Assembly: GCF_006345805.1 (NCBI RefSeq)
Contig: NC_043008.1
Location: 45,198,001 to 45,262,000 of the forward strand
Source of the DNA: Octopus sinensis
Taxonomy: Eukaryota
Length of the DNA stretch: 64,000 nucleotides
Direction of reading: 5' to 3'
A program made the translations under genes and the position numbers. Positions within the stretch are counted from its first letter, which is position 1, and each line of letters starts with the position of its first letter. The notes beneath the pieces are model-generated. The model was not told the DNA's origin, ran no database searches, and saw only the letters and a program-made list of their open reading frames with translations. Below, one piece after another: positions 24,871 to 38,104 of the stretch.

Positions 24871-25624
24871 AAAGAATATTAACGAAGTTTATTCTCTTGC
24901 AAGCATTTGGATCACCAAGTTTCCAGTTTGTGAGTGACTCCTCACACCACTTCCGGTGGCCCTGAAAATAAAATTGTTCATGACCCTTTCCGTTGCTGAT
25001 TGTGTTGATAAGCGTAGGCTATCTTCACAACCACATGGTTAAGTTGCTCGCTTTGCAACACTTTGGACAAGTGTCTTCTACTATAGCCCCGGGTTGACCA
25101 ATGCCTTGTGAAGGAATTTGGCCGACGGAAACTGTGGAAGTCTGTCGTGTATATATATTATTATATATAAAATTAATTTAAACAAATGTTACTAAATGTG
25201 ACTAGGGTGTTAGGAAACACCTACGTTGGTAGGAATAAGAGTTAAACCACTCTACCCTAATCACATTTAGTGACATTTGTAATTCTCCTTTTTGGTGAAA
25301 CATTGCAAACTGCTGTTTATACTAATTTTATATATACACATTAGCGAATCGCTAAATCATCAAATAATTTGGATGACGAAAACATAAATACTAATGGCGA
25401 GGCGAGTCCTGAAATAGCCGAACAATCAAGCGGCCTTAACTGATGAAGCAAAGGAAACTGCCGAAACAGATGCGTCAGTATTAAGAATTCTTTTCGGCAC
25501 TTTTCAGACGATTATGGTCTCTGTTAGTGTATATGTTTTCACTCATGCGATTTAACTACAACATTAGAGCCTTTTAGCTCTTATTTCTAGCCATGTAGGT
25601 GTTTCCTAACTCCCTAGTCACACA

Positions 25625-25672
<48 letters not shown>

Positions 25673-26010
25673 CCTTTCAGTTCGTTTTCAGGAAACGTTT
25701 TGAAAACGCGTATAAATATTCTTGTTCTATTATCCTGGTTACAGCTTGATGATAGTAACTGCCAATAACAGTTTTTTTGGGTGGTACAGAGCTGTGCCAA
25801 TATAACATAGCATAAATATAACAACAACAACAACAATAATAATCCATGGATGGAATTTATAAATATTTTAATGCATCGCTACGCGCATTTCCACAAATCA
25901 CATGTTTCTTAAGATCATAGTCCATATTCCTGGGATCACTACAATACAATCCGTACATCGGGTGGATCATATTGATGCGTTCATTTCTTCTTCGGGCGAT
26001 ACATGCATAC

Positions 26011-26042
<32 letters not shown>

Positions 26043-26055
26043 TATATATATTATA

Positions 26056-26093
<38 letters not shown>

Positions 26094-26169
26094 CAATCAC
26101 ACACATGTATACATATGCGCACATATATATATATATATATACAATCACACACAGTATGATACATATGCG

Positions 26170-26207
<38 letters not shown>

Positions 26208-26876
26208 TATAACTAATAACCGGTGTTAGCTTGTTTACGTCCCCGTTATGTAGCACAAAAGAGGACGATAGAATAAGTATTGGAGTCGATTTGTTCGATT
26301 AAATCCGTTCAGTGTGGTGCTCCAGTATGGCTGCAGTCCCATAACTTAAAGCAAATAAAAGATCAAAGAAACAAGGAAAACCCAAAAGAAATTATTTCGA
26401 GGCGCCATACACATGAAAACAACAACAACAACAACAACAGCCAAATCGGTGTTGTTGCCATATTTATTGAAAGGAAAGACTTATGTGAAGTGGCGAAAGA
26501 GAATGTTTACGAATGACTAACGATTAACTTGCACGGTTCAATGTCTTTAAAACGAGCTCAATTTGTTGACGCTTATTCCTCCACCTACGCACTCTGCATT
26601 CAACGAGATTTTCTTTATCATTCATTAACGTTGTCAGCAGCGAAACCGATTCTCTTTTCAACAGTTTCATTATGACGCAAAAGCGAAAATATGCTTAACA
26701 AACGATAAATCCAAAATGTCCTCTTACTTTTGCACGCATGTTAAAAAAACATTCTTTCATCTCATTTAAATTCTATTAGCTATTTCGTATTTTTATATTT
26801 CTCATGTCATAATAAAATTCCTTTCAAAGCAGATAGGTTTATATTCTAAGTAGGTTTATTACTCTAGTCAAATACC

Positions 26877-27165
26877 TATAAGGTGGTAACCAAACGTTCC
26901 CAGACTAGTTCTGTTTAGTAGATATCTATCTATCTTATTTACCTAAGTTTTAACGACATCTCCGTCGAAATACTCGCCTTGTGCAACAATACACTGGCCC
27001 CAGTGATTATGCTATTTTTGGAATCCGTCCGGGAAGTCGTTTTCCGTAAGGGAGTCGAGGACCTTCTGCGATTCGCTGCGGATCTCGACAATGCTGTTAA
27101 AACGGCGATCTTTGGGCTGCATTTTCATCTTGGGGAAGAGATAAAAGACACTTGGCAAACACATT
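26877..27165 (-). pseudogene. Mariner transposase C-terminal remnant with TIR-like end
   Basis: Minus frame FYLFPKMKMQPKDRRFNSIVEIRSESQKVLDSLTENDF...GQCIVAQGEYFDGD. Confidence 0.75.
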
Positions 27166-27208
27166 CGTTCCCAGCTGTATACATAAAATTACTATGGACA
27201 GAAGATGT

Positions 27209-27591
27209 GGAAGCACTCCGTCGGTTGCGACGACGAGGGTTCCGGTTGATCCGAATCAACGGAACAGCCTGCTCGTGAAATTAACGTGTAAGTGGCTGAG
27301 CACTCCACAGACACGTGTAGCCTTAACGTAGTTCTCGGGGATATTCAGCGTGACACAGAGAGTGACAAGGCCGGCCCTTTGAAATACAGGTACAACAGAA
27401 ACAGGAAGTAAGAGTGAGAGAAAGTTGTGGTGAAAGAGTACAGCAGGGATCACCACCATCCCCTGCCGGAGCCTCATGGAGCTTTTAGGGGTTTTCGCTC
27501 AATAAAAACTCACAACGCCCGGTCTGGGAATCGAAACCGCGATCCTATGACCGCGAGTCCGCTGCCCTAACCACTGGGCCATTGCGCCTCC
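27209..27591 (-). mobile_element. tRNA-derived SINE, family B
   Basis: Reverse complement of 1349-1727; 11-bp TSD acagaagatgt (27198-27208, 27594-27604). Confidence 0.85.
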
Positions 27592-28054
27592 ACACAGAAG
27601 ATGTAACCCTATTTCGACTGCTATGTTCCCTAAGCTAAACACTGAGGCTGAAGTTGGGATCGAAGCGGGAGTTAGACCCTATATGTACACCACCCCATCA
27701 TCTAAAAGTAGGATAAATAGCTTCTCTCTCTATAGCGCTCCATTTTTATATAAACATTTCGTTATAAGAGTGTCAGTAAGCAGATACGAAAGCAAACTTT
27801 CGCTGGTGAAGCCTAACTGGCACAAACGTTCCAGTCGTGACTCTTGTAGCTCAGCCAAACGATAGTGTTAGCTAATCTTCCACATTTGTTCCTCGGAGCC
27901 CTTCGTCGCTCAACTTTGACAATCCTTCTTTTATATGTATGTATTGGCTTAGGCAAGATATTTTGAGGGCGTCAGCTAATAATTCATGCGAATCGACTCT
28001 CATCTCTCCACGCCAGCGATGTTTATTCAAGGAGAACGTCACCATTATTTCATC

Positions 28055-28265
28055 GGCGAGCTGGCAGAAACGTTAGCACGCCGGGCGAAATGCTTAGCGT
28101 TATTCCGTTTGCCTCTACGTTCTGAGTTCAAATTCCGCCGAGGTCGACTTTGCCTTTCATCCTTTCGGGGTCGATTAAATAAGTACCAGTTACGCACTGG
28201 GGTCGATCTAATCGACTGGCACCCTCCTCCAAAATTTCGGGCCTTGAGCCTAGAATAGAAAAGAA
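28055..28265 (+). mobile_element. SINE family C with alternative tail
   Basis: ggcgagctggcagaaacgttagcacgccgggcg head; tail differs from the 12.5-kb trimer. Confidence 0.8.
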
Positions 28266-28491
28266 CATTTGAATCTTCTGTGGTTTATTTAAAATGTGAA
28301 AACATTGAGAATACTTGCAGCCATATTTTTATTATCTTGAAAGGCCGCTGTTGACCAATAAGAACTATGTCCAAAGGCAAACTGTCTTTGACCGTTCTAA
28401 CTTATTTGTAGATAGAAGTCGTTCTACAGTTTATACCTTATTTTGATTTTTAACATCGGTACAAAGATACATATTTTCAGAAAAGGATATA

Positions 28492-28673
28492 AACACACTC
28501 AGCGGTAAAATTTCCACTGTTTTCGTATTTTTATTTCCCTAAAATTTTCGTTGCGTCTTGCAACCTTTTCAGTAATTTTGAGTCAAAAACTATTGAAAAG
28601 GTTGCAAGGCGCAACGAACATTTTAGGTGAATAAAAATAAGAAAAAAGTGGAAATTTTACCGGTGAGTGTGTT
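28492..28673. repeat. About 180-bp imperfect palindrome (foldback)
   Basis: Arms of about 80 bp, roughly 90% complementary, 16-nt loop. Confidence 0.85.
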
Positions 28674-28955
28674 ACATTGCAAGGCACAAAAAGAAAATGA
28701 CTCTCCCCAGACACAACAGAATATGCTTCAACACAAGAACTCATATAAAGAACCTTGCAAACCAAATCCCAAAACGAGATATAATTAAATAAACCACAGA
28801 GTGGTTTAATCGGTGGAGCATCATAAAACATGCCATGTGGTAGTTTAGTAATGTCTTATTATGCTCTAGATTGTGTTCAAATCTGGGTGAGGTCGATGTT
28901 TGCGTTTCCCCTTTTATGGGTCAATAAGACAAGCCCTTGGAGCTAAAAGAGCAAC

Positions 28956-28989
<34 letters not shown>

Positions 28990-29119
28990 TTTTGTTAAAT
29001 TCTTCTGTTAAAAAACAAGTTTAACTTCTTCCAGGACAGACAAGGTTTTTATGTGAGAAATATTTTCATGTTTTGCTTTACCAGTTTGATTTCAATAAAG
29101 TTATTTTTTTATATCTAGA

Positions 29120-29960
29120 CCTGTGCGTGTGTGTATGTGTGTGTGTTTGTATGTGTGTGTGCGTGTGTATGTGTATGTGGTATGTGTGCGTGTGTATGTG
29201 TGCGTGTGTATGTGTGTGGAATGTTTGTGTGTTTGTGTGTGTGCGCGTGTGTATGTGTATGTGAATGTGGTGTGTGTGTTTGTGTGTGCATGTGTATGTG
29301 TATGTGGTGTGTGTGCGTGTGTATGTGGTGTGTGTGCGTGTGTATGTGTGTGGTGTGTTTGTGTGTTTGCGTGTGTGTGTGTGAATGTGTATGTGGTGTG
29401 TGTGCGTGTGTATGTCTGTGGTGTGTGGTGTGCTTGTGTGTGTGTGTGTGTGTGTGTGTGTGGGCACGCGTTTGTCAGTGTTTCTGAGTGGGAGAGAGAG
29501 AGAGAGACAAAGAAAGGAAGGAGTGATTGTGTTTATGCGTGTGAGCATATCTCTATGTGTGTGTGTGTGTGTGTGTTGTAACTGAGAGAGCGGAAGAGAG
29601 ATGGGTGAGAGAGAAAGGGAGAGGAAGGGAGTAAATGTGGGAGGAAAAGGAAATGGGAAGAGGAAAAATGAGTGAGAGAGAGAGAGAGGGATTGGGAGGG
29701 TGTAAGGGTGGGGCGAAAGGGATAGGAATTGTTTATAAGTGCGCGGGCGAGTGTGTGGGTGTACAGGGGAAGAAAGAGAGAGAAAAAGAGAGGGAGAGAA
29801 AGAGGCAGAGAGAGGGAGAGAGAGAGTGATTATGCATATGCGTGTGTTCGTATCTGTGTGTGCATGGGTGTCAGTGTATAAATGAATGTGAGTTTGTGTG
29901 TGTGTATATATGTGTGTGACTGTGTATGCGTGTGTGAGAGCGAGAGGGAGACAGAGAGAA

Positions 29961-30001
<41 letters not shown>

Positions 30002-30120
30002 AACAGGGGAGAAAGACAGACGGAGAGAGAAAGGAGGAGGAGAGAAAGAGTAAAGGAGAGAGAGAAGGGGAGAGAGAGAGAAGGGGAGAGAGAGAGAGAG
30101 AGAAAGAGGGAGAGAGATGG
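29120..30120. repeat. Degenerate (GT)n and (GA)n block
   Basis: Direct reading. Confidence 0.9.
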
Positions 30121-30357
30121 GTCGAATAGAAAGAGTTATGAGGTCGCCTCATCGTTTGCTATGAAACCAAAGCTGATGAAGCGGGACATGAAGAGGTCGA
30201 AAGGTTTTCCGTCCCCTAACTAGAGCGAAAAAAACCCAAAAAACTAGTGAGGCGCTCCACACAGCATATGGGCGGCCCTTTTCTCTACGATAAGATAATA
30301 TATATATTAAAGATAATATATATATATATATAATATATATATATAATATATATATAT

Positions 30358-31260
30358 ATTATATATGTCCTTGGGGATTCTGCCATCTTCCATACGGCTA
30401 ACATGTCCAAGCCATCTCATACGTCTTTGTGTGAGGATTGCAAACATGCTTGGTATTCCTGCTGCTTGAGGACATCTTGGTTGGGGACATGATTCTGCCA
30501 TTTGATGCGAAGGATTTTACAGAGGCAGCGCAGGTGAAAGATATTTAGGCGACGCTCTTGGCTTGTGTATGGCGTCCAAGTCTCACTGCCATACAGTAGA
30601 GTGCTAAGTACATATGCCTGGTAAATCTTAATTTTTGTGGTCTTGGTCAGCTTATTGTTGTCCCATGCCCGTTTGGAGAGTTGGACCATCACAGCAGCTG
30701 CCTTGCCAATGCGTATATTGAGCTCAGCATGAAAGGATAGCTTGTAGGTGATGGTAGAGCCAAGATAGGTAAACCTCTCCACCTCCTGTAGTCTGTGGTC
30801 TCCAATATGTATGTTTGGGATGTCCGATATAGCCTGACACATGATGTTGGTCTTCTTGAGGCTAATAACTAAGCCAAAGTCACTACATGCTTGCTCAAAA
30901 CGGTTGATGAGCCTTTGCAGGGCTTCTTCTGTGTGCTAGGGGCACTAGATCTGTGGAAAGACTGTTCTTACGATACAAGGATGTTTGCGAAAGGGACATG
31001 AAGGCCTGCGGTATCAATATTAGCAACTGGGAAGCAGTTGCCAGAGACCGTAGAGATTGGCGACGGACCGTAAAAGAGGGAACACAAAGAAGTGACATAT
31101 AGAGAGAGGAGAAATGGAAAGACAAGAAAAGACGTCAACAAGAAACTATGACATCACAACCAGCCAAGCAAAGGCTTAGCTATATTTGCGGCACCTGCCA
31201 GAGGGAGTGTTTGTCCAGGATAGGACTACACAGCTACAGCAGGAGATGTATTAGGACATG
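30358..31260. mobile_element. RTE-BovB-like LINE fragment with inverted 5' part
   Basis: Minus 30358-30940: LLYGSETW...RRMRWLGHVSRMEDGRIPKDI; plus 30941-31260: LRYKDVCERDMK...CGTCQRECLSRIGLHS. Confidence 0.85.
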
Positions 31261-31424
31261 AAATGTAAAAGCTGGACTAGATTATTTTATGTGCAACTCC
31301 ATTGTCTCTCGACATTTACACTTTGCTCTACGTCTTCACTGGGCACATTCTCTTCTCACTGGACACATTGTCTGTTGGTGAAGTGTTATTTCTATCTTCT
31401 ACTTTCCTCTTTATCGCTTTTATT

Positions 31425-31614
31425 TCTATGTCTGTTAACCACCCTTTTGCTCTTACTACTCTTGCCAACCACATGGTTCCGCGTTCAATCCCACTACATG
31501 CCACCTTGAGCAAGTGTCTTCTACTATAGCATTGGGCCGACCAAAGCCTTGAGTGGATTTGGTAGCCGGAAACTGAAAAGAAGCCCATTGTATAATATAT
31601 ATATATATATATAA

Positions 31615-31664
<50 letters not shown>

Positions 31665-31868
31665 CTTTGTGTGTCTGTGTTTGTCCTCCCCACCATCGCT
31701 TGACAACTGATGCTGGTGAGTTTACATCCCCGTAACTTAGCGGTTCGGCAAAATATACCGATAGAATAAGTACTAGGCTTACAAGGAATAAGTCCTAGGT
31801 TCGAGTTGTCTGACTGAAGGCGGTGCTCCAGCATGGCCGCAGTCAAATGGCTGAAACAAATAAAAAGA
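31425..31868 (+). mobile_element. SINE family A, near full length
   Basis: Head, central microsatellite, 3' half. Confidence 0.8.
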
Positions 31869-32432
31869 AGGCCAAACGAAAATTACAGACGGGGATGACG
31901 TTCCAAGGGAAGTAACTTCTGCATAACAATAATTGTCATCTCACAGTAGCATCCCTTCCTTCAGTCGCCCTAATTTTAAGATGTCATCGGCTTCCATTCT
32001 ATTTTAGCTTTATTTAATATTCGTTTTGTGTGGCTTATTGCAAGAAAGTTTAGCATTCTTGACTGATTGAAAGGAAAGAAATTATTCTCAGACTGGGGAC
32101 GAGGCCCAACTACTTATTACGGGCGTCAAACTTGTTGATAGATGAAGTGAAGTACCCAAAAGACATGTAGGGTGTTACGAGTTTTGTTTGAAGATAACAT
32201 TTTAGAACCTTAATAACCAATTAAGGTTGCATTCGTTTACTAATTGCGACATCAATTAAAAGAAAAGGAACTTACATAATGTGGTTGTTTCTCGTTTTCT
32301 CCTTTATTTTTCTTTGTTATTTTGTTTAGTTTTCATACAAGACTCTTCTCAAATTACGTCGTGTTTCTCTTTATTTACATTATTTACATTATTTACATTT
32401 GACGGATATTTGTCATCATCTTGTTTGTTGTT

Positions 32433-32478
32433 AACACAAGGTTTCGGCTGATTTACTCTCAAGCCTTCATCAGGTGTC
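32433..32478 (-). ncRNA. Minimal type I hammerhead-like motif, Penelope type, degenerate
   Basis: gacac-CTGATGA-a-ggct...agcc-GAA-acct-T-gtgtt; helix III ACCT instead of palindromic ACGT. Confidence 0.55.
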
Positions 32479-32557
32479 TTTGGGAAATTTCGAACTTGGG
32501 CTCTCATTCCTAAGGTATTTTTCGATGTTATTATTATTATTGTTGTTGTTGTTGTTG

Positions 32558-32599
<42 letters not shown>

Positions 32600-32967
32600 A
32601 TTATTATTGAGTGAGAGAGCAGTGCATGCCATTAAAAGTGACGCTGGAGTAAAATATACGAAAGCCCAGTATCCCCACCATGACTACCCGTCCGATAAGG
32701 GTACACTAGGCACATGCCTCACAACCATATGTGCGCAACATGGTGATCTCATATCAAGATGACCTTGCTGGTGGGGCCCAGTTAAAACATTCTTCAGGTC
32801 GAGTAGCCCATCCCGCTCAAAAGGTCCCTTCGTTTTTCGTCATTTCGGGGTCGATAAATTAAGTACCAGTTGCGTGCTGGGGTCGATCTAATCGACTGGC
32901 CTCTTCTCCAAAATTTCAGGCCTTGTGCCTAGAAAAAGAATATTCGAGTTAATTCCTTCCCGGAGAA

Positions 32968-33108
32968 CTCTCGTAAAGCGAAAACTCGTAAAAGCTCGTA
33001 AAGCGAATTCTCGTAAAGCGAATTCTCGTAAAGCGAATTCTCGTAAAGCGAATTCTCGTAAAGCGAATTCTCGTAAAGCGAATTCTCGTAAAGCGAGGTA
33101 TTACTGTA
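32968..33108 (-). mobile_element. Pogo/Tigger-like terminus with amplified 15-bp repeat
   Basis: Minus TA|CAGTAATACCTCG followed by about 8 copies of CGCTTTACGAGAATT. Confidence 0.5.
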
Positions 33109-33230
33109 TATAGAAGTTGTATCTACAATTACCATTTCTAGCGACAGTTTTCCAGCCGGACGAAACCTTTGTCCAGAATCCAGCCTATCAGGATTTCTAG
33201 AAGATTCTTATAGGTCCCAGAAGGAAATGC

Positions 33231-33330
33231 NNNNNNNNNNNNNNNNNNNNNNNNNNNNNNNNNNNNNNNNNNNNNNNNNNNNNNNNNNNNNNNNNNNNNN
33301 NNNNNNNNNNNNNNNNNNNNNNNNNNNNNN
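33231..33330. other. Assembly gap (100 N)
   Basis: Direct reading. Confidence 1.
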
Positions 33331-33331
33331 C

Positions 33332-33512
33332 ACGTAATAGCAATTTAATTAGATGTAAGGGAAGTAACTCTGGAAGACATTGGGGTTATCTTCCTTCGTT
33401 GAGTTACCCTGCATATTATAATTTAATAACATGCAAGGGGGGGGGGGCTCTAGAAAGGGAGATAACTAACAAACATCTTCCAGAGTTACATCTAATTGAA
33501 TTACTATTACGT
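33332..33512. repeat. Foldback element built on GGGAAGTAACTCT / GGGAGATAACT motifs
   Basis: Nested inverted arms; related copies at 37512-37640, 39720-39845, 49035-49095, 49572-49695. Confidence 0.7.
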
Positions 33513-33879
33513 ATTATTAAATTCTAATGTTCTAGAAAGGGAGATGGCTAAAAACATCTTCAAAAGTTACCTCCCTTACATTTGATTACATAACGACTAT
33601 CATCAAAATGTATTATGGAAGCTAATTAACTCTACAATATAATGTTCAGACTTAACGCATACACTTTTACTTGTTTAGTCATTTCACTGTGCCAATGTCC
33701 AGCACAGCTTTTTCTAGAGCAAATCGACACTAGGACTTTTATCTACGTCAGTCTAGTATTAATTCTGTTGGTCTTCTTTTCCAGAACGGAGTGTAAAAAA
33801 CACCGGCATTAGTTGTCAAGCGGGTTTCAGGACACCGAAACATACACACATATACATAAATATCTATATGTATATAGAT

Positions 33880-33956
<77 letters not shown>

Positions 33957-33957
<1 letters not shown>

Positions 33958-35640
33958 TGCAGAAACAATACTGCTGTCTTTAGTGTTCCCACTGATATTG
34001 ACGTAAGAGAAGCGAACGAAGTTGACTCCCAACACAAAATTGCAGACATAACCTTCACTCCCACTGACATCGTAGCAGCAATAAATGGGGTCAGATACTA
34101 CTCTGGTGTACGCCCTGATAGATTCCCCGCTAGTCTCCTGAAGGAGTGTAAACACCAACTTGCAGTCCCACTGACCAACCTCTGGAGAAATTCGTTATAT
34201 ACCAAAACAGTTTCTATCCCAGTCGGTCATCCCGATTTTCAAACAGGGAAACAGATCCCTCTCACTCAACTATCGCCCAATCTCACTCACATCCCACATC
34301 ATCAAAGTGTTTGAAAGAGTGTTAAGATCAAGGATGGCTGACTTCCTGGAGACCAACAAACTTCAAAATGCAAATCAGCATGGCTTTCGCTGTGGCAGGG
34401 TCTGTCTAATACAGCTCTTACACCACATTGAAGATGTACTCAAAGCCTTGGGAACAGGTTCAAACTCTGATGTCATATATCTTAACTTCAGTAAAGCGTT
34501 CGACAGGGTAGACCATAATATCCTACTCTCAAAACAGGGAAATGTTGGAGTCCGTGGAAAAGTTCTACACTGGATCAAGTATTTCCTGGATAATAGAACA
34601 CATGTTGTAGTTGATGGAGTCCACTCAAGCCCAGCAAAAGTCACCAGCGGTGTCCCCCAGGGGACCTTCTTGGGTCCGCTACTCTTCATAATCAACATAA
34701 ACGACCTTTCCAGTGTCGTACATTACTGCAAAGTGATAATATTTGCTGATGACACCAAGCTCCAGCAAATCGTCAATGAAGAAGCAGACCGAACTCAACT
34801 CCAGTCTGATCTATATGCTGTGAGTCAATGGGCAGACAGAAACAAAATGCAACTGAACGAGGGAAAATTTGAGCTGATGCATTTTGGAAGAAACTCCTCA
34901 CTAAAACAGCCATACTCTCTTCCTTCAGGGGAACCGCTCACAGCCTCTAACAATATCAGAGACCTGGGTGTAATTGTTGATGACGATCTCAGTTGGAGTG
35001 CACACATCAACAAGAAGGTCGATATAGCTCGTAGGATGAGTTCCTGGATCTTAAGAACAATACAAGATGTCATCATACCACTTTTTTCCTCCTTTGTACG
35101 GCCACACCTTCAATACTGCTGCCCACTGTGGTCTCCTCACACAAGACAAAACATCTCCAGAATTGAGTCACCCCAGAGGGCACTCACTGAACTGGCTGCT
35201 CTCGATTATTGGGATCGCCTTAAAGCCTTGAAATTTTACTCCCTCCAGCGTCACCGTGAGCGGTACATCATTTGTACGATGTGGAAAATATACCGCCAAC
35301 TATGCCCAAACGACCTAAACATTAGCTTCAAGGTTCATCCAAGACTTGGACCACGGGCCATACGTCCCCTGCCCAATTCAAGATCACAACATACATGTAC
35401 ACTGCAACATAATTTCTTTTCCTCAACAGGCCCTGCCCTATTTAACATTGTCCCGAGAGAGATCAAAGAGGAAAAGGATCCCATCAAATTTAAACAGAGT
35501 CTGGATAGATTCCTTCAAAGAATACTAGATAAGCCACCCATAATTGGATACAACTCACTACTTGAACAAAACTTGACTTAAACAGGATTCGAATAATCCT
35601 ATCAGGTGGTGCTATTAAGTTAGACGTGGTCGAAACATAT
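33957..35640 (+). mobile_element. 5'-truncated CR1-like LINE (RT)
   Basis: LNFSKAFDRVDH, SGVPQGTFLGPLLF, IFADDTKL, VRPHLQYCCPLW; 3' end shared with 43051-43794. Confidence 0.88.
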
Positions 35641-36933
35641 CTAAGTTTATATATATCTGATATATCTTTAAAAATATATTGTTACGGTTTAACTAGTGCA
35701 GTGTTTCTGACACACATCGTGAATGTGGCGCCGGCAGGCCTGGAGTAAAAAGTGACAGTCCTTTGTTTATGGAAGACTAATGGGTTTTGGAAGGACCTGT
35801 GACCTTGTGCGGTCGAGAAGGGGGTCAGAGAGAATGTGAAAGAGGAAGACAGATTAAGGGAATCTGAGAGCAGATAGAGAGGAAGAATCTAGCAGTAGTG
35901 AGAGATATAGAGTATAAGGCTAAGGGACAGATTGAGGCGATAGAGATAGGCAGTAGGGGAGCAGGGCAGTTAGAGAGGAAGTGAGGTCTTGGCAGTCGGG
36001 AGTCAGTCGTCGAAGAACACAGTCGGATTCTGGAATCTTGGGAGCAAGCGGTGGAATTTTAGGAGCAAGTTGGGATACAGAAATTTGGCGAGCTGGATTT
36101 AGCAGTATTGAGAGATGAAAAGAACAGTGAAAAGAACAGTCAAGGACTTGTCGATATGTCGATTATCGAGTTGTGGTATTTATGTTCAGAATTGTGTTGA
36201 TGTGACGTTATCTGTGATGTTTAGAAAAAGACTTTGAAAGAACTGTGTCTTTGGACGTGTACATTTGAAATACTGTATATGACTTGTTGTGTCTCCGGAC
36301 AGATATATTGTTACATGCATGTTGTTAAATGCTTTGATCTGTGGTATACACGTATGATGTATTGATTTGTTGTTTGCCTTAAATGCTTTGATGTTGTAAC
36401 CATTGATTGTCATATAAACTAGTTGTTGAATATAAGCCAGTGTTGCCAGTTGTTGCCTTGCCTCTTTTGGTGTATCTCTCGGTGTGCCTCTGTCTCTGTG
36501 CTGCTGCGGTTGATGTTGTTGTTATGTCTCTCCTCTCCTCCCTCTCTCTCCGAGTTTCCGTGGCGGGAATATTCGCTGATCGAATCGGGCCTGTCTGAGG
36601 GATTCCGTACAATTTTCGGAGGTCCCCCACCTCGTAACAATATATATATATATATATATATATACCAATCTATATTCTTCGAGCACATCGTCAGCAACAC
36701 TTATTCTTTCTAAGCCTAGCATTTATTCTAACTTATTCTTTTCTGCAGAGCCACTGAAATACAGGGAGGAAAACACACCAGCACCGTTTGAAAACTCTAC
36801 TATAGCCCCGAGCCTTTCCAGAACGGATAATTTAATGGAGTGTAAAAAACACCGGCATTGGTTGTCAAGCGGTTTTGGGGACACCGAAACATACACACAT
36901 ATACATACATATAAATATCTATATGTATATACA

Positions 36934-37006
<73 letters not shown>

Positions 37007-37021
37007 GATATATCTTTATAA

Positions 37022-37072
<51 letters not shown>

Positions 37073-38104
37073 ATATCGTCAGCAGCACTTATTCTTTTCT
37101 GCCGAGCCGCTGAAATACAGGGAGGAAAACACACCGGCATCGTTTGAAAAATCTACTATAGCCCCAAGCCGACTAAAGCCTTGTCATTGGATTTGGTGGA
37201 AGGAAACTGGAAAACTCCAGTCATATATATGTTTATATGTGTGTGCGTGTGTCTGTTTGTCCCCAAACATTGCTACACAACGGATGCTAGTCTGTTTACG
37301 TCCCCATAACTTAGAGGTTCAGCGAAAGAGACTGATAGAATAAGTACTAGGCCTACAAAGAATAAGTCCTGGGGTCGATATGCTCGACTGAAGGTGGTGC
37401 TGCAACATGGCCAGTCAAATGACTGAAACAAATAAATTAGAGTAAAGGAGTAAATAACTCCCTTTCTAGAATTACTTACCTTGCCTAGTATATTTAACAA
37501 TTATCAGTATATGTGGGGGAAGTAACTCTGGAAGATTTTGGAGTTATCTTCCTTTGTAGAGTTACTTACCTTGCATATTACAATTTAATAACTAATAATA
37601 TGCGAGGGGAGTAACTCTAGAAAGGGAGATAACTACAAAAGGACACTGGAAAAATGCAGTGATATATATGTGTACGTGTGTGTGTGTGCGTATGTCTGTT
37701 GGTCCCCAAACATTGCTACACAACGGACGCTAGTCTGTCTACGTCCCCATAACATAGAGGTTCAGCGAAAGAGACTGATAGAATAAGCACTAGGCCTACA
37801 ATGAATAAGTCCTGGGGTCGATATGCTCGACTAAAGGTCTTGCTCCAACATGCCCACAGTCAAATGACTGAAACAAGTAAATGAGAGTACAAGAGTAAAT
37901 AACGAGAAAAGTCCATGACCTGATCACTGGGGAGATAGCAGAAAATATCTCCTTGAGTTACTTCCCTAACGTCATATAATACGTGTCATGTTGTAATATC
38001 TGTATTTATTCTAACTTGTTCTCTTTTGCCGAAACGCTAAAATACAGGGAGTAAAACACACCTGTATCGGTTAAAAGCATCAACAACTACAGTCAATCGA
38101 AGAT

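Noticed and set aside
35700-36630. Possible degraded LINE endonuclease on the minus strand
   Set aside because: Only vague resemblance (TINGYNI); no diagnostic GDFN or SDH motifs found
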